In this document: positions 31,096-41,279 of the stretch, in pieces
Position numbering within the stretch: the first letter of the stretch is position 1
How the letters are laid out: the number at the start of each line of letters is the position of its first letter
Source of the DNA: Actinobacteria bacterium HGW-Actinobacteria-7
GTDB lineage: Bacteria; Actinomycetota; Coriobacteriia; Anaerosomatales; PHET01
Length of the DNA stretch: 64,000 bases
Direction: 5' to 3'
Assembly (NCBI GenBank): GCA_002841275.1
Contig: PHET01000004.1
Location: forward strand, 11,873-75,872
The notes under the pieces: model-generated
What the model was told of the DNA's origin: nothing
The model's input: only the letters and a program-made list of their open reading frames with translations
The model's database searches: none
Position numbers and translations under genes: made by a program

Positions 31096-32001
31096 GTGTC
31101 GCGACCACCTACGTTCGCGTCGTTCGCTGCTGACTTCATGGCGGACTACGCACCGCTTCGGTTCAAGAGCACGACCGTGCTCCAGCTGGAGTCGATGCTC
31201 CGGGTGCATATGGTTCCAGTACTAGGTGATCTTCCTCTTGGTGAGATCGGTACTCGTGAGTTACAGGGATACCTGGCCGACAGAAGGAAAGCGGGGTTGA
31301 ACCCTCGGACACTGCGAAACCACGTCGTTGCGCTTCGACAGCTGTTCTCCGTGGCATTGACCTGGGGTCTTGTGGACGCCGATCCGTCTTCTGGGCTGCA
31401 GTCTCCCAGACAACCGAAGAGAGATATCCCGTTTCTCAAGCCGGATGAGCTTCATCGTCTGGTCGAGGCAACGCCGATCCACCTTCGACTTGTGACCGCG
31501 CTGCCGGCGTATCTCGGACTTAGACGTGGGGAGGTTCTGTCCTTGCGTTTTGACCACGTGGATCTCGTAGCGCGGACGCTGCTCATCGAGTACTCCAAGC
31601 GTGGTGACACGATCCACGAGCCAAAGAGCCGGGCAGCAGTGGCTACTGTGCCGTTCCCTTCGTCACTGGTGCCGATGTTCGAGCATCGTCGAGATCTGGT
31701 GGCTGACAAGTCTGGGTTGGTGCTCTGCAAGAAGGATGGCAGCCTGCTGGCTGACTCGTTCGCTAACCGGGTTCTGAAGGCTGCACTCATCCGGGCCGGT
31801 CTACCAACAGTGACGTACCACGGACTTCGCGGATCGTGGGTTTATGCCCACCTGGAGGCAGGAACGCCACTGCCCGTGATCCAGCAGCTCGGGCGCTGGG
31901 CCAATGTCGAGACACTTATCCGAAGCTATGGTCGGTGGCTGCCCAACGCAGGTGGTGATGCCGCCGAAGCGCTTGATGTTTTGCTACGTGATCAGGGGTG
32001 A
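31096..32001 (+). CDS. Tyrosine recombinase/integrase lacking the arm-binding domain
   Basis: AAGGAGG then GTG 31096; GLRRGE, PKS, YHGLR, LGRW, SY catalytic pattern. Confidence 0.88.
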   Translation: MSRPPTFASFAADFMADYAPLRFKSTTVLQLESMLRVHMVPVLGDLPLGEIGTRELQGYLADRRKAGLNPRTLRNHVVALRQLFSVALTWGLVDADPSSGLQSPRQPKRDIPFLKPDELHRLVEATPIHLRLVTALPAYLGLRRGEVLSLRFDHVDLVARTLLIEYSKRGDTIHEPKSRAAVATVPFPSSLVPMFEHRRDLVADKSGLVLCKKDGSLLADSFANRVLKAALIRAGLPTVTYHGLRGSWVYAHLEAGTPLPVIQQLGRWANVETLIRSYGRWLPNAGGDAAEALDVLLRDQG

Positions 32002-33053
32002 CGAGCACATGTTGCTTGGAGACCGGCTCATTTGACGTTAGGCCGCGACTCCGGTTGATCCCACGGCAAGTCGTTGCCTTCGGCGTCGACGAACACGAAG
32101 GCTCCGCACTCGAAGAGTCCTAGGAGCGTACGTACGAACTGACGGCTCTCCTCGAGCGTCATCTCACATCCACGGGCGGCCATCGCCTCTTGTATGGCCT
32201 GTCCCCACACGTAGTTGTCGTCTGAGCGCGTCGTGCTCATCGGGTCTCCTTGTCCGTCGGCGTCATCCACGGTGAGGAGCTACCCGTCTGAGTGCATTTC
32301 GTTGTCCATGAACCCGGTCGTGTTGGTGGCGGCTGGGTTCTTCGTTGTCTCGGTCTCTGTGGCCGAGCAGAAGAAGGGAGTTGGCCGTCATGGCTAACCA
32401 TTTTGATGTGTTGGGCATTTCAACCACAGCGAAGCCATAGGAGGTTCAGGTTGCGTTCGACGAGCTGCTCGCTGTACGAAAAGCGAAGCGACAGAAGACC
32501 AGTGATCTGCATCAAGCGATCGCGGTCGTCGGAGATCCAGTTCTCCGGAAGGCGTACACAGCTGTTCTGCTGACTGAGGCTGCCGGCGGCAAGATCGTGC
32601 ACGCGAAGGCCGTCACGCTCGACTTTGCCAGGGACAACATCCCCGAGGTCGACATCCGGGAGATGGCTTCCGAGGCGTGGCAGCTCACTCTCAAGGCGAC
32701 GGTTCTCGGTACCGGTTGGACGGCCAAGGTCGCCGAGACGACCGCGGTTGTATCACGCAGGGTGCAGGCGGCCGCAGCAGGTGCCCTGAAGCTCACGAGT
32801 ACATCAGTCAAGTAGTTGCCAAAGATGCACAGCGTGCCACCTTGAAGGTCGTGATCCTGTCGAGCGGGTTCATCGTCAGCGCCGCCGATACGGTCGCTTC
32901 CGTGGCGCGTACAGGACGCAGTCTGCCGCCCTGGCTGCACTACGAAGCTGAGTAACCGGGCGGGTGGGGTGATGATGCCTCGCCCGCCTTCAGCTCGTGC
33001 TTGTGAGGTGTGTCACCTAAGATGTAACCACTGGCGCCTGGGAGGAGCGCAAG

Positions 33054-35222
33054 ATGTCTGATGCTACACGGCGCGTGATCGAATACGACCCCTTCGAAGA
33101 CTGGTCGTTCTCTCAAAGACGCTGTTTTCTCTGCGGAAGCCAGAAGAATGTCACGGCGTCGCCGGTGTTTCCCGACTGGATCGCACCGGGGCAGCGGGAG
33201 CTCTTGGGGTCCGTTCGAAATGCTATGGGAGCTGAGAGGCCAGCTTCGTCGTTGATCCTGTACACATGTGCGGTGTGCTATCCGGCGGTCTCAGCCAACG
33301 ACAAGCAGGTACGTCAGTCGTGGCCGGCGCTCCCGACTCGAGTACTCGAGCGTGATCTGCCCGTGCGAACCAGCGGACGGGGCTCGAAGGATACGCCCCT
33401 TAGCGGGACGGATGCGAAGCGGAGTGCGCAGCGAGAGGCTAACGAGTACAGGACTATCGTCTACTACAAGGACTGGGCAACCGGTCGCAGGACGGCCTAT
33501 GCGCCGGATGCGCTAGCGAACCGCAATGCGACAGGGGGTACGGTCGCGAGACTCCGCAACCACGAGGACGCGCTCTACTTGTGGATGCTCCGGCTCTACT
33601 GGGGTCTTCTTGCGAACTTCGTTGGTGATGTACCGCCATCGAGGCGGCCGCAGCTCAGCATGTTCGCCGGCGAAGAGGTTCTCGACTATCAGCAGCTTCA
33701 CGTGTTTCTCTCTGGGATGCTGGAGGGAGTCATCGTCAATGGTGGGCCGCCGCCATGGTCTATCTTCGTGACTGAGACTCAGTTCCTGGGTGATACTGGC
33801 GCACTCGATCCGATCGACGTCGGATGGCATTTCCAGCAGGGCTTGAAAGCGGTCGCTTTTCGCTATGGCGGGGCCGGTGTCGTGTGTTGCCTAGAGGACA
33901 ACGGGGCCGAGCGTCTGCTCTTGGACACGACATTTAGGAAGCTGGTGAGCGCAAGCCTGCACCCCGTCCAGTTTGAGGAGTGGTGGGCCACGATCGTCAT
34001 GCGTGAGTACACGCGTCTTTGGCATCACCCGTCCCACATGGTTCCTGTCAACCAGCCTGAGGCAGGACTGCTCATCAAGTCGTTCGGGTCAGAGCAGATC
34101 ACTGCGAGCGTCAGCCACCAGATACCGGATCGTGACACCTGGGCCAAGCACCTGCATTCGTATCTGGTGCAGTACGATCCATCGCTAGCCGTCGAGGATC
34201 TGCAGCACGGCGGTGTGCTCTTCGGTGCCGACGGTCAAGTCGCGTCCGTAGAGTTCGCACGACCTGAGGACTCCCAACCAACCGACGTCCCTGACTTTGA
34301 CCTCGCCAGGCGCATCAGAGCGCTCTACGAGCACGAATACGATGGAGTTGATGAGTTACTCGCCGCACTTGATGACCCCATTGAAGACGTTCGAGAAGCT
34401 GCTGCGCACACACTTCGTGATGAAGATGATCGACGCGCGTTTCTTGCGCTAGCACGCGTGATCGACCATGAGTCCTCGGCTACCGTGCGGCATCAGGCGT
34501 ACGAGTCGTTGTCAGAGTGGGGCAAGTTCGGTGATGAGCACAACGCGGTGCTCGCGTTGTTCGTATCCGCGTTCCGCACGGAGAGCGACCCTCAGTGCCG
34601 TGCGGACATCCTGTTCAGTATCGACTGGTTCTCGGAGATCTCGGGTGTGCCGGATCTCGTTCGGGCGGCGCTTGCAGACTCTGAGCCAGTAGTTCGACTC
34701 GCTGGTATCAACTTCATCGACGACGCGGGCATTGATGACGCCTATGAGGCACTGGCTTCAATGCTGGACGACGATGACGAGGGCGTCCGTGCCAAGGCCA
34801 AGGAACGGCTTCGATACGTCCCGAAACCTGACACGTTTGGAAGCGTACCGCTTGACAGCAAGGTGAGTGAGCCGGAGCCGACCATACAGCATATGCAGGT
34901 ACCTGCGCCCCCGATCATCAGTGCCGCAACCCCTCCGCCAGTTGGGGAGAGATGTGAGCACTGTGGGGTGTACGTCGACTTCACGGGCTCCGGTGCCTGC
35001 CCAACCTGTGGCAGCTTCCAGGGATGGCCTGCGGGCATCGGGCCTCGTGAGGAAGAGCATTGGATCGAGGCTCAGAAGGCAGGCGAGCGGGTGCAGCAAC
35101 GTCAGGATGCCGAGCGACCCTTCGTCGAGAGCACGACGAAGCAGGAGAACTTCATGGGCTGGGTGATCGGAGTCTCACTCGTCGTCGGAGTGTTGGCGAC
35201 GCTTGCCCGCTGTTCGTCGTAG
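33054..35222 (+). CDS. Multidomain protein: degenerate HNH-like N-terminus, HEAT/PBS-lyase repeats, Zn ribbon, C-terminal TM
   Basis: CFLCG..VFPDW..CAVC; LDDPIEDVREAAA, LADSEPVVRLAG, LDDDDEGVRAKA; CEHCG..CPTCG; terminal hydrophobic helix. Confidence 0.7.
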   Translation: MSDATRRVIEYDPFEDWSFSQRRCFLCGSQKNVTASPVFPDWIAPGQRELLGSVRNAMGAERPASSLILYTCAVCYPAVSANDKQVRQSWPALPTRVLERDLPVRTSGRGSKDTPLSGTDAKRSAQREANEYRTIVYYKDWATGRRTAYAPDALANRNATGGTVARLRNHEDALYLWMLRLYWGLLANFVGDVPPSRRPQLSMFAGEEVLDYQQLHVFLSGMLEGVIVNGGPPPWSIFVTETQFLGDTGALDPIDVGWHFQQGLKAVAFRYGGAGVVCCLEDNGAERLLLDTTFRKLVSASLHPVQFEEWWATIVMREYTRLWHHPSHMVPVNQPEAGLLIKSFGSEQITASVSHQIPDRDTWAKHLHSYLVQYDPSLAVEDLQHGGVLFGADGQVASVEFARPEDSQPTDVPDFDLARRIRALYEHEYDGVDELLAALDDPIEDVREAAAHTLRDEDDRRAFLALARVIDHESSATVRHQAYESLSEWGKFGDEHNAVLALFVSAFRTESDPQCRADILFSIDWFSEISGVPDLVRAALADSEPVVRLAGINFIDDAGIDDAYEALASMLDDDDEGVRAKAKERLRYVPKPDTFGSVPLDSKVSEPEPTIQHMQVPAPPIISAATPPPVGERCEHCGVYVDFTGSGACPTCGSFQGWPAGIGPREEEHWIEAQKAGERVQQRQDAERPFVESTTKQENFMGWVIGVSLVVGVLATLARCSS

Positions 35223-35287
35223 CGTTAGGCAACTGGTCTGGTGCCATTCAAGACAGACGGCAGTAGTCCCGAAGTGGAGGTACGTCC

Positions 35288-35941
35288 ATGGGTCTGCGTG
35301 AGCGAATGTTCGAGGTTCTCGTTGAGGCTGGACAGCCGCTGTGTGACGACTGTGTCGCAACACCATCAGGGATGAAACGCCGTCAGCAGGCCAACGAGCG
35401 TGGCAGAGAGTTAGAGGACATGGGACTCGTCCGTCGAGGTCAGGGCACGTGTTCGAGCTGTCGCAAATACAAGACCGTCAGTGTTCCTACTGGCGTCGAA
35501 CTCCCAGCCTCACCGGAGCCTGATCACGACGAGAAGCCATGGCACTGGGAGGGCAACGTCCAAGGAACGCTCATCACATACCTCGAGGCTGCTGGTTGGA
35601 CGCTGATCTCGTCTGCGAATACCGCGAGCAAAGAAACCGGGGTGGACGTGAAGGCCGTCGATCCTGACGGCGCCGAGTGGTGGATCACGGTGAAGGGTTT
35701 TCCAGAGCGAAAGCCGGGGAAGACGACGAACCCTTCGACTCAGGCACGTCATTGGTTTTCTCACGCGATGTTTGACGTCGCTATGTACAGGACTTCGCGT
35801 CCCGACGTGATGATCGGAGTTGCGATCCCCGGTCCGTTCCAGACCTATGAGGGGCTGACCATCAAGTCGTCGTGGCTGAAGGAGTCAGCACCCTTCACGT
35901 TGTTCACTATTGACGAGCACGGCCATGTCGATGCTGAGTGA
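35288..35941 (+). CDS. Zn-finger + PD-(D/E)xK-like nuclease
   Basis: CDDC..CSSC; WEGNVQ, GVDVKA, WITVKGFP (Thr in place of the usual Glu). Confidence 0.65.
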   Translation: MGLRERMFEVLVEAGQPLCDDCVATPSGMKRRQQANERGRELEDMGLVRRGQGTCSSCRKYKTVSVPTGVELPASPEPDHDEKPWHWEGNVQGTLITYLEAAGWTLISSANTASKETGVDVKAVDPDGAEWWITVKGFPERKPGKTTNPSTQARHWFSHAMFDVAMYRTSRPDVMIGVAIPGPFQTYEGLTIKSSWLKESAPFTLFTIDEHGHVDAE

Positions 35942-36421
35942 GCGCGGGTCGACGAGAAGCTGGCTCATGCGATGGCGGAACCTGTTGTCCAGCGTGGTCG
36001 CGTAGCGGCCGGCAGACAGACTCTCTTCCACACCGTATTCCAGTCCGCTGATCGGGTGGATCTTGGGTCTTGTGAAGCCTTCCTTGGCGACGAGAGCGCT
36101 TAGCCTTTGGCGTTGTAGTTCGACGATGGCGAGTTCGTGGATGGTGGTCTTGAAGTCGGACTCTGCGAGCCATCCCCGGGAAAAGGAGAATGTGGCAGCA
36201 GCGTCCTCAATGAACGCGTTGTAGAAAGCACGTTCAGCTGGACATTCACCACCTGGCCTACACGCTGAGACGAGCTCGTCGTTGCGGATGACGTTGCAGG
36301 ACACCCGGTGCGGGCACCGCTCGGGTCCGCGAGACATCATGATCCCGGCAGCTGTCACATTGTGTATGGCCGCATTGAACCTGCTGACTTTGTAGCCATT
36401 CTCGCTTCGTACCCTGCCCAT
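35885..36421 (-). CDS. Cys-rich hypothetical protein with a terminase-small-subunit-like N-terminus
   Basis: SRFNAAIHNVTA resembles the NA..HG motif; CP..C..C..ECP.E. Confidence 0.45.
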   Translation of the reverse strand: MGRVRSENGYKVSRFNAAIHNVTAAGIMMSRGPERCPHRVSCNVIRNDELVSACRPGGECPAERAFYNAFIEDAAATFSFSRGWLAESDFKTTIHELAIVELQRQRLSALVAKEGFTRPKIHPISGLEYGVEESLSAGRYATTLDNRFRHRMSQLLVDPRSLSIDMAVLVNSEQREGC

Positions 36422-36731
36422 GTACTTCCGTTTCGCAGTCGTGTCTTAGGGGGCCTCTCGTGGCCCGGGGGAGCTATTCATCTAGCGGTTTTGGCTTGGT
36501 TCCGAGGTCGAGGTTTCACTTGCTGAGACGTCCTGTGTCGTCTTCATCCGCTGGAACGGGCAGATGCCGGAGTGCACACAGTTCGTGGCTGAGATCGCAT
36601 CCCGTTGCGTCTGGGCTGCCAACTCCGAGGCCGGCAACAGGTCCTCTGTCATCATCTTGAGGAATGCCCGTCTGCCTGTTGGGCGGGGGTTGTCTGTATC
36701 GCACATTTCCGTACTCCGATCGTGGCTGTGT

Positions 36732-36890
36732 CTACAGGTGCGTGAGCAGCGTGGCCGACAGGTTCAATGCCCCGAGCAGAAGGAGGAGCAGCACCATCAA
36801 CTTGATCTCGGACACCGCCTTGCTCAGCTGGCCGTCGAGCTCTGCCCAGCATGCGGCGTCGGCTTCCTTGCGGGCGTCTTCCTCGGTCAT
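36732..36890 (-). CDS. Small membrane peptide (52 aa)
   Basis: RBS AGGAG; MTEEDARKEAD..EIKLMVLLLLLGALNLSATLLTHL; manual translation. Confidence 0.45.
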   Translation of the reverse strand: MTEEDARKEADAACWAELDGQLSKAVSEIKLMVLLLLLLGALNLSATLLTHL

Positions 36891-36960
36891 CCGTCGCTCC
36901 TGAGTCGCTGTGGTTACCTACATATCTAGTACCGGTTCCGAGTAGCAAAAGCTCCGACTA

Positions 36961-37494
36961 TCAGGCACGTGTTTCGGAATGCCCGCGCCCATGTCCACGT
37001 GATCCGCGAGGCCGGCGCTTCTTGTGTTCGCCCATGAAGTCAAACTCCCACATATCGGAGTTATAGCCCCGCTCACACGCACGCATCGCCATGTAGCCAG
37101 CACACGAGCCGAGGTCCTTGACCGGGCCTGCACTGGCGTACGTGACATCCGCGAACGTGAACAGCGAGCGTTTCACCTTGTTGAACTGGTCGTTACGGCC
37201 ATCGAGCAGCATGTGCGGGTGCCACAGCGTCGAGCCCATCTTGTCGTGGACCACAATGACGTAGTAGCCGCGATATCCTGCGCGTTCGAGTCTCCCACGT
37301 GTGAAGTTGCGCACCTTGATCGCTGTGGTGAGGTCGTACTTCTCGATGATGTCGTTCGGGTAGTACGCGCCAAGCGTCATATCGAACGGTTTGCGCATGA
37401 AGTAGTCGCGCAACTCATCGTCTACCATGCGAGGCCGCCTCATCTTGCTCGGGCTGATGTCCTGCTCAAACTGCATGTATCTCATCTCCTCCAT
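36961..37494 (-). CDS. Small HUH endonuclease / rolling-circle Rep candidate
   Basis: FDMTL (motif I), WHPHMLL (HUH), GYMAMR (Tyr motif III) in the correct order. Confidence 0.6.
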   Translation of the reverse strand: MEEMRYMQFEQDISPSKMRRPRMVDDELRDYFMRKPFDMTLGAYYPNDIIEKYDLTTAIKVRNFTRGRLERAGYRGYYVIVVHDKMGSTLWHPHMLLDGRNDQFNKVKRSLFTFADVTYASAGPVKDLGSCAGYMAMRACERGYNSDMWEFDFMGEHKKRRPRGSRGHGRGHSETRA

Positions 37495-37997
37495 TGGTAC
37501 TGGACTCTCCCATTGCCTTCATCTCGGACCGCCTGTGAGGGAACTGCGTCAGCCCCTACACGCCCCGGGGCTGCAGTGGTATCGACCGCTTCTTCATGAC
37601 CGTCCGTTCGCGCCGTGAGATCAAGCTCCGGCTGCTGTGTACTCCGACGGATCCGCTGACGGAGAGACCTGTCGATCGTCCCCGTCCCTATATCAGTACG
37701 CAGTTGAACCGTCGGAACGCCCGACGTTCGCCAAGTTCATTACGCACTTTGTTGGTGCGGTTACTGGAAGAGGCGGTCGCCTTGGCGGGCGTCTCACTCT
37801 TTGAGGAGGAAGTCATGTCGATCAAGAAGGTCGACCACGCGTGGCAGGTCTACCCGTTCAACGCAGCGACTCGGAAGAACGTCTGAGTCAGCACGCAGCG
37901 CCTGGGAGAAGAAGGTTTTAGAAAACCCTTGCACGGGCACATACACTTTGATAGTGTGCATATTTATCGGACACCAAGTTCTGCGGAAGGAGGCGAG

Positions 37998-38774
37998 ATG
38001 ATCGACCAAAGTGCAAACGGCTACGACTACATGAGCGAAGCGTACGAATGGACTCACGCCACGGTCACGCTGGAGAAGGTCCGCGATGAACTCGAGGCCG
38101 GCTTCGGAATAGAGCTCGCCCGTAACTCGCTACGTAACCTTCTCGTGGACCTCGGTATCGGACCCATAGTCAAACTGGGTTCGCCGGACAGCGGACGCGG
38201 TCGAGTCGGTTACTACGATCCGCTCGTGTGCTGGGTCGTCTATGTCGCGCATCGCTGCCAGGTGGCGACACGGGCAGCGCTCGGTGCACGGATCGATGAC
38301 TATCGCGACATCGCCCGCAAAGAGGTCTGGGGACGGCTGGCCAACACCCCAAAGAAGCGTGATCGCTACGACGACGCTGCGTGGGACTGGAGAGTCGAGT
38401 CAACCTCCTATCACTTGTTCATTAGCGATGCCGAGTTCGGACCAGAACCCAGGGCATTGCACGACCTGCTGGCGCCTAACCCTCGCCTGCTGTACCACAC
38501 GCTCGACAGCAACAGGTGCCTAGAGAGCGTCCTTCGCGTCTACGTCGCAAACTACGTCACTCGCAGTACTGGGATCGAGACCGACCCCAACCAAGTCAAC
38601 CTTCTGGCGGGGTCACTCTCACCCTTGTTCAGCGGCAAGATCGCCGGAACCGACACGCTCGCAGTCCTGGAGCAGTTCAAGGTGCTCCGTCACGGCGGAT
38701 CAAGGCTGTCTGAACCCGACCATTTCTACTTTGACCACCCGGATGTCCACGACTACCTGGAGCAGACGCTATGA
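37998..38774 (+). CDS. Hypothetical DNA-binding protein
   Basis: AAGGAGG then ATG 37998; N-terminal wHTH-like segment ending GRGRVGYY. Confidence 0.55.
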   Translation: MIDQSANGYDYMSEAYEWTHATVTLEKVRDELEAGFGIELARNSLRNLLVDLGIGPIVKLGSPDSGRGRVGYYDPLVCWVVYVAHRCQVATRAALGARIDDYRDIARKEVWGRLANTPKKRDRYDDAAWDWRVESTSYHLFISDAEFGPEPRALHDLLAPNPRLLYHTLDSNRCLESVLRVYVANYVTRSTGIETDPNQVNLLAGSLSPLFSGKIAGTDTLAVLEQFKVLRHGGSRLSEPDHFYFDHPDVHDYLEQTL

Positions 38775-38851
38775 CGACACGTAGCACGGCCACTCGCCTG
38801 CGAGCCTAGGGGACAACAGGTCCCCTGGCAGTAGGTAGGAGGCAAAGCGTA

Positions 38852-39271
38852 ATGAGTGAATGCAAGTCGGTTATCAGTGAGGCCCAGTGCAAGATCAACA
38901 GGCAAGAAGGTATCCGCACGACGCTCGAACAGATCGAACAATGCGTGAGCGGTGTATCGACGGTTTGCGACCGGCTACATGTCATTGTGGACGGTTCACG
39001 CGGGTATCTCACGATCGCCATCCTCACCGATCAGTGCTGTCGTGCGGACTGGGGAGTCGAAGCGAGTCAGGCGGTGCTCTACTGCCTGCTCAACTATGAC
39101 TGGGTCAGCCTGGCCACGGTCGTCGAGGCGGAGTCCGAACTCAAGTCCGGACTGTCCCGGATACTCGGGATCACCGACGAGGAGTGGGACTACCTGCGCG
39201 ATGGAGAGCCAGGGACGAACGATCTGTACCGGGCAGTGGACGACTTCGTCGACCGCTTGCTGAAGATGTAG
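38852..39271 (+). CDS. Hypothetical protein, paralog of 40200-40751
   Basis: AVLYCLLNYDW motif. Confidence 0.6.
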   Translation: MSECKSVISEAQCKINRQEGIRTTLEQIEQCVSGVSTVCDRLHVIVDGSRGYLTIAILTDQCCRADWGVEASQAVLYCLLNYDWVSLATVVEAESELKSGLSRILGITDEEWDYLRDGEPGTNDLYRAVDDFVDRLLKM

Positions 39272-39471
39272 TTGCTCTAGAACTACCGACCGGACAGTGG
39301 GCCCCTCTTAGGCCACCGTACCCCTGAATGAGGTGGGGCCTGACCTCCTCTTGCACGGCCTGAACGACCGTTCTACTTCATGACCAACGTTCACATCGAG
39401 AAACCGATCAACGCGAGCCAGGAGGAGAACGCCTATGACATTGGATATCTAGAGAAAGCGCAGGTAGAACT

Positions 39472-40203
39472 ATGAGCAAGAGCAAGATCAAGTGGACCGA
39501 GTCCACATGGAACCCGGCGACTGGCTGCACCAAGTACAGTGCCGGCTGCAAGAACTGCTACGCGGAGCGTCTGGCGAAGCGTCTTAGGGCGATGGGCCAG
39601 AGCAAGTACGCCAACGGCTTCGAGGTCACCGTTCATCCCGAGTGCCTCGACGAGCCAAGGGGTTGGACCAAGCCAAAACTGATCTTCGTATGTAGCATGG
39701 CCGACCTCTTCCACAACGACGTTCCGGACGAGTTCATCAAGGCCGTGTTCGCCGTGATGGCGGAGACGCCACAACACACGTATCAGGTCCTCACCAAGCG
39801 GTCCGATCGCCTGGCTGCGTTGGCGTCGGAGTTGCCGTTCACGCCCAACATCTGGGTCGGGGTCACGGTCGAGAACAACGACTACGTGTACCGCACCGAT
39901 CATCTGCGCGAAGCCCCGGCTGCGGTCCGCTTCATCAGCGCAGAACCCTTGCTCGGACCGCTTCCCGATCTCGATCTGACCGGCATCGACCAGCTCATCG
40001 TGGGCGGCGAGTCTGGACAAGGTTGGCGTCCCATGGATCCCGACCGGGTGCGTGAACTCCGTGATCGCTGCGTGGACGAGCGCGTCGCCTTCTTCTTCAA
40101 GCAATATCCAGGCTACCAGCCGAAGAAGCTGGGGCGCGAACTCGATGGCGTGGTCTGGGATCAGATGCCTCGTGAGCTTCGTGCATCCGAGGAGGTGGCG
40201 TGA
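39472..40203 (+). CDS. DUF5131 / phage Gp37-Gp68 family protein
   Basis: IKWTESTWNP.TGC..S.GC.NCYA, SMADLFH, QVLTKR, ISAEPLLG, VGGESG, FFFKQ. Confidence 0.93.
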   Translation: MSKSKIKWTESTWNPATGCTKYSAGCKNCYAERLAKRLRAMGQSKYANGFEVTVHPECLDEPRGWTKPKLIFVCSMADLFHNDVPDEFIKAVFAVMAETPQHTYQVLTKRSDRLAALASELPFTPNIWVGVTVENNDYVYRTDHLREAPAAVRFISAEPLLGPLPDLDLTGIDQLIVGGESGQGWRPMDPDRVRELRDRCVDERVAFFFKQYPGYQPKKLGRELDGVVWDQMPRELRASEEVA

Positions 40204-40751
40204 TGACCAAGTACAAGAGTCTCGACGTGGCCACCATTATCCGTATCCGTACCGGCGACATGTCTGCCATGAAGAGCCGGAGTAGTAAGACTCCCAAGGA
40301 ACGCGCCATTGAGACCACTCTGGCCTGCAAACCCTCAGAACCCGAGCTCTCGTCTTCAGCCGATGAGGCGTGGGACAGCCAGGGTGAGTTCGCCAAGACT
40401 ATTCTGCGGATCGAGGCCGCTGTTGGACGTCCGACAACGCTCGAGTCACGGCTATGCGCGATGGTCGAGCACGCCCGCGCCCCTCTAACAGGAATACTCG
40501 TGGCGACAGAGTTCCTCCGCACCAAGAGAGCAGCTGACACCTGCAGAGCGGTGGTTTACTGCCTGCTGACTCATGACTGGGGGAACCTTTCCAAGGTAGG
40601 CGGCGAGAATGCCGGCACCCAGCTAAGTCTGATGCATGTGTTCGGACTGGGACTCAATGACTGGGCAACACTCAAGCGCGTACCCCCGCTTGTGGACTGT
40701 CCGTACTCAGCATCAGTCGACTTCGTCGAAAGCCTCAGGCAGGCCAGGTAG
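40200..40751 (+). CDS. Hypothetical protein, paralog of 38852-39271
   Basis: AVVYCLLTHDW motif; overlaps the DUF5131 stop. Confidence 0.6.
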   Translation: MMTKYKSLDVATIIRIRTGDMSAMKSRSSKTPKERAIETTLACKPSEPELSSSADEAWDSQGEFAKTILRIEAAVGRPTTLESRLCAMVEHARAPLTGILVATEFLRTKRAADTCRAVVYCLLTHDWGNLSKVGGENAGTQLSLMHVFGLGLNDWATLKRVPPLVDCPYSASVDFVESLRQAR

Positions 40752-41030
40752 AGGCGCAAGCAACGAACAATGAACCCATCGCTGACAGCCCGGCACTCAT
40801 GGCCGGGAACTTCAACAGGACTCGAGAGGATGAGAAGGGCGCACAAGTTCGACTCGGTGAGACACGTCAGGTCTCTGAGGCGTCACCCAAAGCCGTAGGT
40901 CCCCCATACAAGCACCAACCCAGCTACATGAGCCCATTCGCACCACTCGGCTGGGGGGCCACCACCCTTAGAACAGCGCCATGATGGCGCGACTTCTCGG
41001 AGCAGAGGCTCCAGGGAGGCAGGCTTTGCC

Positions 41031-41279
41031 ATGCTCGAACTCAACATGAACACTCCAGCGCCCAAGCTCGCGACCGCCGAAGAGGCCGCCGAGGCTATGG
41101 GTGTCCCCGTCACCCAGGTGCGTAACCTGGTACGTCAGGGCAAGATGCCGCACTACCGTCTCGGCCACTATATCCGCATCGACATCGAAGAGGCGCTCAG
41201 CTGGCTGCGCCAGGAACCGCACACGTCAGTCGAAGTTGCGCCCAAGATCATCCACCACAACGCCCGCAGGAAGGGGTGA
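41031..41279 (+). CDS. xis: Excisionase / HTH_17 protein
   Basis: TAEEAAEAMGV..VRNLVRQGKMPHYRLGHYIRI; overlaps int. Confidence 0.85.
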   Translation: MLELNMNTPAPKLATAEEAAEAMGVPVTQVRNLVRQGKMPHYRLGHYIRIDIEEALSWLRQEPHTSVEVAPKIIHHNARRKG

